A model generated the notes under the pieces. It was given only the letters and a program-made list of their open reading frames with translations. It made no database searches and was not told the DNA's origin. A stretch of 64,000 bases of DNA from Lytechinus pictus (Eukaryota): positions 7,132,001-7,196,000 of the forward strand of contig NC_087249.1 in NCBI RefSeq assembly GCF_037042905.1. The letters are read 5' to 3'. Positions 39,249 through 51,200 of this stretch are shown piece after piece (position 1 is the first letter of the stretch; each line of letters opens with the position of its first letter). The translations under genes were made by a program, and so were the position numbers.

Positions 39249-42200
39249 GAAGCTAAAGATGATGATGATGGCGATTCTGGATCCCCTGCAGAGTCATATT
39301 ATTTTCAATAAAGTGATTAAACAATGAACTAACCTGTAAGGTGACATCATCAGTTTGGAGAGGTTCAGGCTCTTCAACCGTCACAAACAGAGATTGTGAA
39401 TCAAACTCAAAAGTTCCATACGCATTATCTGACGGGAGGATGACTACTTCTATTGTGGAGGCTGGTCCTATTTGGGCTGAGATATAATGAAACAAACTCG
39501 GAATTAAAGAACACGTAAACAATGATTGCGCAATATGATTGAGGGCTTTTTACTATGTAGAAAATATGAATAACTTCATTTCTCTTTCCCAAAATGATAA
39601 GGATGGACAGTGTATAAAGGTGATGTGTAAGTATTTGGAAATTGGCTACATGAAAGCAAAAATCAGGGTTTGAGTAAGGTAATATGCTGAGTATCATTTT
39701 GCAGTGCTTTTATTTTTGTGCATGCTGCAATCAAACAAATTCAAAGATTTTTCACTTCCTACTACCGAACATAGAAAGCGAATGAAGGGGAAAAAATGCA
39801 CAAATATGTTTAATGAATTTTTCTTCTTGTGGACCGGCATAACACAAAAAAAGACATGTACAGTGGTGCTAATAAGTAAGTGAACCCCACCAGAAAATTA
39901 ACATTTATTAAAGTGTTCAAGTTCTGCAATGGTTCAGATATTTAATTGTGAAGTCAGGTGATAAAATATTACATTCAATTAAGTTTGTTTCTCTGGGCTC
40001 GCTGAACATTGCAGTGTTATCTATATTCAGCACTCAGCATGGAGGAATGCCTTTTGTGGTAGAGTTCACTAACTTTTGAGCACAACTGTATGTACATGAT
40101 TTGATGAATACAGTATGCTGACGAGGTCGAAAATAACAGATAACATTATCATGCACCCTTTCTCATGCACCCATTGGGTGTTTACAATTATGAATATGTA
40201 CATTTGCAAACAATGTTACTCAAAAATATGAAATGAAAGATATTACAAAACTACCTCGTTACAAATGAAGTGGAAGCATGCAGATGTTTCATGATGACTT
40301 TTCCAACCCATCCTACTCCAAGCTTTTTATTTACCTTGTGGGTCTTTTTGCATAAAAAGTTAATATATTATTGTGAAATTCTCTTAGCATTGTATAGAAA
40401 GAGAATTGTTATTTCATTAGAGGGGGAATGTTGATTTGCATGGGATTATGCAACATGTTATTGTTGCTATGTTAGGTGAAAGGGAGCTTGGGGGTTAGCC
40501 TTCAGTCGCGGTCATCATACCATACAGGCCAGTAACATATTTTCTTCTTTCCCCAAGCCTTCTTTAATTACGGAGATTTATAAACCATATTTTTAGGGGG
40601 TCAAATAATTCATTTCTGTACAAATGACAGAAAGTAGTAAAAATATAGGTTGACCTTGGAGCTAATTTCTTTGTCTGCTCGATCGCGTTAATGAGGTCGG
40701 ATAGGAATTTCAGAGAATTTTCTTATTAGGTTTAGCTCTGTTTTCGCCTATCTCAAGGTCCATGATTTTGTTTATGCAAGCAAAATCTTAGCTATCAAGT
40801 TGAATGATAACTCAATAGCTAAGATTCGATAATTCAATATTATTCTGATTATAGTTTCATAATTCTCATTATAAAGGAAATTCACACGTGATAGGTCACT
40901 GTAATTGACATACGACCAAGATCTCAAATATTGATGTTTCATGAACATGCAAGAATGATACATGTTATACATGAGAGCAATATTCTTCAGAATGTGTAAT
41001 TTGACAATTACTAGTATAGACTTAGTATTTCATATCAGCATGCAAGCTGTGTTAGATGCCAGTCGTTGAATAATATGTTTTCGAGGTGTCATTATTTTTA
41101 GATTGATTTGTTGTTGTTGAGGTGTCGTTGACCGCACTCTTCCAAGTGTAAAGCAATTATTAAACAAATTGATTACAAGTATAACAAATAATTTTGTTTG
41201 TGTAAAGAAAGAAGACTGAAATGAGATTGTGACTTGCCATACTTTTCGGTAACTACCATGGAATTCTTGAATATAATTTGATGCTGAGCCCTTTTTACTC
41301 AGGTTTTACCATTAACACCAAGAATAATATTAAATCACTGTAAATATGAAAGCTTAAATGCACCGGCGCCTTGAACATCACTAAAATACAGACATCAAAA
41401 TGCAAAAAAAGTATATTATAGAACCTCCCCATGTTTTGAAATAAATTTCTAGCATTGAATAAATAACAGACACACAGCTATATTGTGTAGACATATGCTT
41501 GTTGCATGACAAACCCATGCAACTTTTGATATCAAATATATAATGACTACATGTATATTGTATTATGAATTTATGAGCATGTACTACACATCAAATCAAG
41601 CAAATAAATTAGAAAAGCATGAATCATATCAATACTACATGTAATCAATTATTGTTTTTCTTCACTATTTCTTTGAATATGCATGTGCACAAATGTTAAT
41701 TGAATGCACTTCAATGTGAAAAAATACATCTAAGAAAAGAATATGCGGGACTACATAGGATAAAAGTAGAAAGTTGATACAAGGATGAAAATATCAATGA
41801 GAGCAAAATGTTATGGCAAAATGGTAAAATGCAATCAATAAAGAATGTCATTTATTAATACAAAGCAGCATTAACAGACTCCTTTTTATGATAATGATTA
41901 TGAAGTTATAACCGGCAACAATGCAAAAGCTTCCGACAAATCCTTTTGTAACTTTTTTTGCATCAAAATGCTTACCTGTGCCTAATCAAAGCAGGGTGAT
42001 GTTCATGTAATGTATGGGATACAAGGCATATTAAATATTATTTAGTATTGCAGGAATGGGAGGGTCGGTGGCAGGGCCGGACAATCACTGTTAGTATGGT
42101 TATAACCAAATGATAATAATTCCTCTACATTAAGATCACACCAGGGCCCCGTCTTACAAAGAGTTATGATCGATCCAATCAATCGTATCTCTATGGAAAT

Positions 42201-45200
42201 CCATCAGTGTCATAATTTCTTCTACAGGAAATTTGTAAAATGTCCTTTGTAAACAAAAGAGAACACACCAATTTGTCAAGAAATCAATGAATTTATGGAT
42301 ATACATTCATATCTAGAAAATTTTTGAACAAACAAGCATTGTATATGTTGACGTTGCTGGCCGTCCATAGTTGCAATGATCGGATCAATCACAACTCTTT
42401 GTAAGACAGGGCCCAGATCATTAAAATCTGGTCAGAATACATGTGTATTGTGTTAAATATTCATGCACCATGTTACCTAAAGCATGCCTGACTCAAATTC
42501 TAAAATAAAAATGCAGATGCTTAGTGGTCTACAGGTGAGTGTTTCATAAAGCTGTTCGTAAGTTATGAGCGACTTTAAGAACGACTGGTGATCCTTTCTT
42601 ATGGTAAGTGGTATATTCATTACCGATGGTGTAGCGCGTAATAAAGGATCACCATTCGTTCTTAAAGTCGCTCTTAACTTACGAACAGCTTTATGAAACG
42701 GCCCCTGGGTCCTGACTGGTTGTAAATGAGACAGGGTGAAGTTGAAATGAGATAAAAAGTAAAAATAAAGTGAACACCCTCATCTGAACAACTTAAACAT
42801 ACTTTAACAAATGAAAATGAACTTTCAACACTTGAGTACACAAAAAAATGTTCAGATACATTTAATTTCTAAAAAATACATGTACATTACATCAAGTGAA
42901 CAGATTTCTAAAAACTACCAGCCAAAACAAAATATCACCACGGCAGGGGAGTGATTAAGAATGTTTATTTCTTGGATAAAAATGGGAACAGATAAATAGC
43001 TGATGATTTAACATTATTTTAAATTCATTGTGAGCCTAGAAAAAATAAATGTCCATTCAAACATTTTGGCCAGTATTTGGCACCTAAGGCTTGTAAAATA
43101 TAGATTAAAGAATGCTTACCTCCTTCTGTAGGACTTGAAAGTTGAACTTGGAAAGACTTCTCAAGTTCTGCGATATCATTATCTACAATGCTGATAGAGA
43201 TGAAGGTATAGCGCTGCTGGTCGGAGAACTGAAGGATGCCTCCTGCACTCTTTTGATGATAAAAAAACATGAAAAGCATGACAAAAAAAACAATGAAGTA
43301 TTTTTTTTTTAATATGTCACAGAAAGTTAGTGAATATGTATATGTTCATAGGCCCATATCCTGAACTCGGGTTTTAATTTAAACCCTAGTTTAAAGTTGA
43401 GGTTTAACTATGGAGAGCCAATTGGAGCACAAATCCCTTACAGTGCACATTCAATTTATTAACTCAAATGACACCCGAATTGTTAATAATTGTCGTGGAA
43501 TGATAACTGAAGTATTTTTCTTCATTATGAAAGCAAAAGAAAACAAAATAGTAAACCTAAGAAATATACAATATAAACATAATTTTTGAATTTTTGGCTC
43601 CCCATAATTATAGCACAGAGCTAGACTGTGGTTTTAGTTACACCTGACTTCAGAATATGGGCCATAGAGTTTTACACACACAAAAATAAGTTGCTTTACT
43701 GAGCAAAGAGAGATATCAACAACAACAACAAATCATCATTGTAAGCAATATGGAAAATAAAGATGTAAAAAGTCTCATATTAATCCTACATTCTGATCGA
43801 TAATTCACCTTGCCAAAATTTGTTCTAATATTGGTTTAAAAAAATCTCATTCCTGTTTTTTATCCTTTGTAGAGAATATCAATAGACATAACGGGCACAA
43901 AGGGCTAGTCGGCAGGAAAACCAGGATGGAAATTAAACTGGGTTAAAACTCCAAATGTATTTCAAATGAAGTACATTTAAATCATGACAAACGAGAAGTT
44001 TTTTGATTGCCAATTTGAAAAAAAAAAAAATAATAAAATGGTGATTATCAGACACAACTGAAACACGCTACATTCAAAGAACCTTACGAAAGCTGCTAGC
44101 TTACCACAAAGTCTATTGGATTCTTTCCGGCAGACACAGCAGAGCCGTCCACAGTCCGCCACTCCACCGTGATGTCCCCCAGCAACCCTTGGGCTCTGAC
44201 TACAAGGAGCCTAGCCACACCCTCCTCCTCCCTCACCGTGGTCTCCACCAGCCCTAGGTCGGGAGACAGGAGAGGATCGGTCTGGTTCGGTGGCTGACCG
44301 ACGGAAAATTGCAGGAGACCGTGTGGGTTGTCGCTGGACGGGATGGCCACTATGTTGGTGGCAGCGGTGGGATCGATGCTGGCCCCACTGGTGTTGGTCG
44401 ATCCGATGAGGCCGTCATCGGAGAGCGGAAGTTCGGGTAGCAGGTAGACTATGAACTCCTCCAGCACTTCTGGAGCCAGGTCATCCACAGTAGTAAATGT
44501 GAAAGTCTAGAGAAAAAGGAAGTTGAAAGGTGATGAACATCTATATCAGACTTCCATCGAACCATGAGCAAAATTTTAAATATATAATTCAGTCATAGCT
44601 CAAAGATTAAGGAAATTGAATTGCACTGATAACATACAGATGTAAGTATAACTTAGAGTCGCACTTAAATACCAAGTTGCGTGAGGTATAAAAGGCATGA
44701 CCCCAGTGGTCAGATCGTGCCAAGAGGACGCGCACTATTGATCGATAAGATTGTGTGTTGCATATCATGTATGCGTCAGCATTTAAGTGCGACTCTAAGT
44801 CCTACCTAAATCTTTGTGAAACACCCCCCAGATCTACATGTATAACTAAAGATTGCTCAGATATGATCAAAATAAACTAATGCCAATAGTTCATCAGTCA
44901 CAAAGCTTGCTTCTTCTCACTTATCATAATAAGTGTACTTGCCTACATACAGCACCTAACACTAGCTAATCAGAGGCGTCAGAATTGAAGTACAATTAAG
45001 CAGCCGAGTAGCTACTAAGCTCTCTGCATTTCATGGAACAAATCCTGCCAGGTCCGTATTTACCTCCTCTGGGTTGACTACAGCACATAATGAATGTATA
45101 TTTTGAGTAAGAAAATGAACACTCTAGTGTAGGATTCAAACCCTTCATCTTTGATAAAGAGTAAGCTCTTTTCTAAAAATTGAACTCCATAAAATGCATC

Positions 45201-48200
45201 ATTTAGTGATGTGCAAAATAATACCTGTTCCCTGACACCATTCTCAAATACGACAGTGCCCGAGGCATTAACGAAGTCATCCTCTGCGATCGTATCTGTG
45301 GGCTGGAGACGTATTTCCCAAGGAATGGTGACAATGCCCTGGTCGCCACGGGAGCGGAGGACCCCACAGGTGAAACGAAGAGCCTCCGAGGAGGAAGTTG
45401 AAGCATTTGTGGACATGCATGGCCCAGAGAAACCGAAAAGTCCATTGGCATTATCACTTTTCAAGACTAGTGAGGTAAAGCAAAACACATTGAATTTCAT
45501 GAAACATACATATATCAAATATGGATGGCTCCTTAAACATGAACAGGTACAATTGATCTTATCATCAATTGCAACTCTTTCATATATGGTTTTCCATAGA
45601 CCATTAATTTGGAATACTTTATCAAAGGAACTTAAGGATAGTTGCTCTCTTAATGTTTTTAGGAGAAATTGTAAATACCAAATCATCACTACTTATTCAT
45701 TTTTTATGTAATTATTATTCTGATTGTTTGTTTGGGTTAGTTAGGTAATTCTTTCCCCTTTTCTACTTTAATTGTTCAAATAATGTATTTTTTTATTTGG
45801 GTCGGCCGTACATAAGGTTAACTTCTTTTTGGCTGCTACCCTTTCAGTATAATACTTTATTTATGTCGATGTCTGATTTATTTCATGTTTGTACTATTTA
45901 AATTTTTTTTATGCTGAGAAAAGTAAATTGAATTGAATTGAATACATTTGATATTTGTAATGAAATTAATATCATCTTTCATGTTACAAGGCAAAGCTAT
46001 CATAAACAACCCAAGAACTATCTTCAGATACTAAAAATGTTGATGGATCAAGGCACATCAAGCCTATTTAAATGTTGTTTCCTAATCATGCATAATATTG
46101 TGCATAATGCAGTACATGCATTTTGCATTTGATTATATGATTTGTGGAGAAATATTGAATAAAGACTTTCCTTGAAAAAAAATAATTACTGAGTCCCTAA
46201 AAAAACAACTGAACCAAAACAAACTCAAAATCTCCTTAATATTCACTTGAATCAATCGATTACCTGAGAGTAAAGCCACATCTCCACCGTCGCTGAGTGC
46301 AGCGCCCCCTCTGGCAGACATGAGAGACAGGGTGAACACCTCGTTCCCTTCGTCCTCCACATCCTGTACCGAGTTCACTTCCAGGTCAGCAGAGGTCAAA
46401 CCGGGGGCAAAGGTCACAGTTCCTGAGATGGGAGTGACATCCTGGGCAACAGGGTTGTTTCGGAGTTCCATCATCTCTCTGGAAAACAGAACATGGAAGA
46501 GATTATTTCAGGGGTCGTTTCACGAAGCTATTCTTAAAGTTATAAACAATTTTACAAATGACTGGAAAGTAAAATACTCATGAGGAAAAATCATTGTTAG
46601 ACGAGATATACCCCAGTTTTGAAGCTGCCGTTTATCGTTTAACCCTGGTTCAGCGCTCAGGCTTGCCTGCGGAGGTGAAAGGTTACATAAGAGGGGTTAA
46701 CCGCAGAATGACGATCCCAGCAAACTCTTCTTGCCATCATTTTTATTCTCTTTAATAGTTTCCTTATTTCTGGGTCAATTTTCTTCGTTTGAAATTGAAA
46801 CTTAACATTGGATATCTAAATACAATATGCCTTTGAAAACTTGATTAAATATCAAATACAGCATTTTCATTCCGAAGGACCTACTGCAGGCAGAGCTGCT
46901 ATTACGTAATATCACAGTATCACTTGCCTGCAGAGGTGAAAAGTTAGATAAGAGGGATTAAATTGGTCATGCAGGGTTGAAAATGCTTCGAAATGAAATA
47001 ACATGGATCCTCTAACGAGGTATTTGTAGTTTGGGTATGAAACGCAGTTTAGGGTCTGAGCAGCGGTCATCTCCCCAACGAGGGTTTGACGTAATGCTGA
47101 ATTGTGATCTTAAGAGCTTACTACATTAGCAAAAGCAATTTAGTATTGCAAAGCTACATGTACATGTCTCTGCAACTATTTCAAACTAAATGTCACACTT
47201 TACATCGCAATTAACACACCTTATTGGCGTCAAGAAAATAGGACTTATAAATGAACATCAGTGTGCCTCATGGGTTATACATGTAGCTAACATCAAATAC
47301 TCAAAAAGACGATGACCAGTGACTCCAGTGAGTTCAGAGATCATCTGGCCAATGCATTTACTACAGTGTCCAGCATATGAGCGCACAAGCAGCATGCACA
47401 ATGCATATAACCCTGCCAAGGTTTTGCCATTGAATCTTATTATTTGGTATGCTCTGTCAGTGCGTGGTGAACTTGCCCACCCCGGTAGTCAGGGACTTAA
47501 CCTGATTTAAAACCTGGGGATCATTTCATCAACATTTTTGTCCAACAAGTTTTCTTGATTTTGATTGACTAAGCACTTTTACTATGGTAACTGTTGGATA
47601 AAATGAGACTTGTTGGATAAAACATCTGACAAGTCCTTTTATGAAACGCTACCCTGCATGACTGATAGTATCATTCCATTTTGGTATGACGGGTGACTTC
47701 TCACCTCTCTTGAAGAACACTGTTGTATATCCTGACATCCTGTAGCATCCCGGTGTACAGCTCACTCCCGGGTCGAGAAGCTCCAACGTACATCTGACCA
47801 TCACCATCCAGAACAACATCATCAAGGACACTGTACAGAATAGCAACAGCAAGAAAGAATTTTATCAATAGAATTCTGACGTGAGCTTGATCCTTTGTAG
47901 GATAATGTTAACCCCTTTGGTGGTATTCTGATAGCCAAGGGCCCCATCTTACAAAGAGTTATGATTGATCCAATCAATCGTAACTCTATGAAAATCCATC
48001 AGTATCATAATTTTTTCTACAGGGAAGCTGCAAAATGTCCTTCATAAACAAAGGAGAACACACCGAACTGTCAAGAAATTAATTAAATTATGGATATACA
48101 TTCATATCTAGAAAAAAAATTGAGCAAACATGCATTGAATATGTTGACTTTGCTGGCTTTCCATAGTTGTGAGAGTTGCGATTGATCCCATCAGTCTTTT

Positions 48201-51200
48201 TGTAAGACGGGCCCCTGGTCTAGTTGAACCTGGATTAACTTTGACCAAATTTGTACGGAGTGCCAGTTGTCCACTCATTCGTCAATTAAAAACTTAATCT
48301 CATCCTGCTGCAAAAAGTGAAGAATTTGAAAATACAAAAATATTATGAATTTTAATTAATTTATTGATATACTATAATTGCAACAAATATGGAAGAAAAA
48401 TTATGAAGCCCAGCATTCCAAAGAAGTGTGGTTTCAAATTCTAGTTTAGACTTGAGTTAAACCTACATGTAGGTTTATTAAATGTACTTCTAACTGGAAA
48501 TCATTCATTTGTACTATGTTAGCAAATTGTTGTTTTATTGCAATTATAATAATAATAATGATAATAACGGTATATTTCCCCAGGGTAGCCACTTCAGTTC
48601 CGAAAACTGTTCTCCCAGTGGGCCCTACTATTATTATTACCCAGCTAAGCTAGGCTACCGATTCAGGTGCACACAGTCTTTTTAGGAATAATTTCCTGCC
48701 GGTACCCATTTACCTCACCTGGGTTGAGTGCAGCACAGTGTGGATAAATTTCTTGCTGAAGGAAAACACGCCACGGCTAGGATTCGAACCCATGACCCTC
48801 TGTTTGAAAGGCGAGAGTAAGAACCACTAGACCACAGCGCGCCCACTTATTATTCTAGAGACATCATGTATTTATCAGGTAAACGAATATTGATGTTATC
48901 ACTTCAGTTCAATTGAATTCAATTCACTTTTATCACTTTTTATCACAAAAAGCAGTATCTTTGATCAATTTATCCTCCCACAATATACTTACAGATCCTC
49001 TGCGATTGCTGAACCATCGACGTACAGGTTGACTCGAAGCCTCTGGTTATCCACTGTGGCTACAACAAAGTGCCATGCACCGTCCACCAGCTCCAAATCG
49101 AATCGAGTTATTCCCAAGACAGAGTTCGTCTGAAAAAAAAAACATCTTATATATTAGGAATTCAGGAAATGCAATAAAAACAAAATTGTGTCAGTGAATT
49201 ATGTAAATTGTCAAAGCATTTTGTTCTAACAAGGTCAAATGAACAAAAAATAAGAATAATTTCAATACAAAGAAATGTATTTTTTTAAAAGCTAAACCAC
49301 AACCATTTTGTTCAGAAAATAAGTACATTTACATATCACACTATGTACATAATTGGTGTAGTTTTGAATGATTTTTCAAGATCAAACTTTTTTCCCCTGT
49401 GGTCACTAGTAAGAGAAGCAGATAAATGCAGTCATGCATACTTTAGTGAACACTTGTATAACAGGGCCACCTGTCCATAAAGACCACAACTGATTTCCCT
49501 TGAATAGTTTTCCCCATTGAAACATGTACTATAGGAACCTGTCTAAAGAGACTACATATTAAAAGAAACAAATTAGTCTTTACACTCTCCCTCAATCAGT
49601 ATATACATGATTGCCATAACATTATTAAAGGGATACTACAGGCTTCAAACTGTGGTAAATTATTTTTTTAAGGAAAGAGGGCTGTACTTTGCACAGGGCT
49701 TTAGTCCATAAAAACAAACAAAATCACCATTTTCCATAAAAAATAATATGTATGGGTTTTTGTCATTTCAGCGATGTAAACTTACCACTGCTGCTGAGGA
49801 GTAGCGCAGCTCCAGGGAGGTGGTCCTGGATTGGACGCCAAGCCTGAGGCCATAGTAAGTGATACCAGCAACAGAGGAAGACACCTTTGAGATGATGAAG
49901 CCATCGGATCCCTGGTTAGGGCGCACCCAGGCACTCAGGGTAAACCCTGCAGCGGTGTCGGTGCGGGAGGGGTGGTAGACTTGGGGTATGGTCATCAGTG
50001 ACACTAAAGAGAAAAGAAAGAAGTAGACAGTCGTATTGTGTTCCAAAGAGGGGCTGGTAACTGTTCTCAAGTACAATTATAAATAAAATCGCATCTCACG
50101 TAAAACACACCAACAGTTATCAAAATGACTAATTTTTTGCCATGCAACATTTTTTTTCTTCCTTCATACATTTTTTTGTAAAGTAAAATATGACTTTCAA
50201 AAGGAATAGGAATTGCCAATTTGGCAAGAAATACGGCTTTCTCAATCATTTTTCATCAGATTTTCTGATTATAATTCATGAACATGATGATGGAGATAAG
50301 CAGAATATGTGAGGGCATGGATTAAAAACATGCAGTCACAAACTCCTTTGGTATCAGCATTTGAATCGTGATTCTTGGGTGAGGTTTTAAAGTGCTCTTG
50401 CCGCTGACTGACATGCTTTACCCATTTACCCCTAACATCTAAAATCTCCATGGGCAATGTACTTGGACCATCCATTCCTCGGAGGCAACATGTTAAGTTA
50501 ATAGTACAACAATTCAATAATTTAATAAGGCTCCACGCCTTTGGAACTCCCTCCTTTCTTTGCTCTGTGAAATTAAGAACATTGAATCGTCTTCTTCAAA
50601 TCGTCTCTCAAACTCACTTATTTCAGCAGATGTGTTGTAATTAGCTTAATTGGATGAGCCTGCAACTATGAATGTTATTAACAGACATATGGCGTAATAT
50701 ACATGCTGTGGATAATCGTCATCATCATCATACTTTTTAGTGAGGTACAATATTTGTGTACAATTTGAATTGATTTACCACTGAATAACAGAGTTGTGTT
50801 CTTCTTGATTTATTTCTGACTTACATATTTGGCCGCTGAAGGAGTAGACGGGTGTGCCAGTATACTGACGCTGTTCCCCAGTCACAAGACTTACTCCATT
50901 AGACGGATTGTATTCACCAAGGAAAAGAAGGTCGATGACGGTAGGAAGGTTTCCTGAGATGGCATCTGAGTAAAGCTCCCAAACAGCCTGTCAAGAAAGA
51001 AAATAGATGTTAACTTTTTCCCCTCTTCATCTTTTCATTTTCCGTGGTCGGCCCTTTTGGCATAGTCAAGTTTTTAACCCTTTGCCCGCTTTCTTCGAAC
51101 AAGAGTCACATACAGCAGACTGCCAACTTCGACTCAAGTCACATTTCATTCACAATACACACAGAGTGCATCAAGCCCATGTACATACACACAAACACCA

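Noticed and set aside
39130..39327. Poly-Met ORF
   Set aside because: Translation of a (GAT)n microsatellite.
41257..41265. Third possible 9-nt microexon (caag|AATTCCATG|gtagtt), and 6-nt AGTGCG near 41133
   Set aside because: Poor pyrimidine tracts and weak donors; compatible with chance.
42035..42089. Possible alternative terminal or poison exon after ctaacag (VIVRPCHRPSHSCNTK*)
   Set aside because: No pyrimidine tract before the AG and no supporting evidence; the stretch is better explained as the microexon's upstream region.
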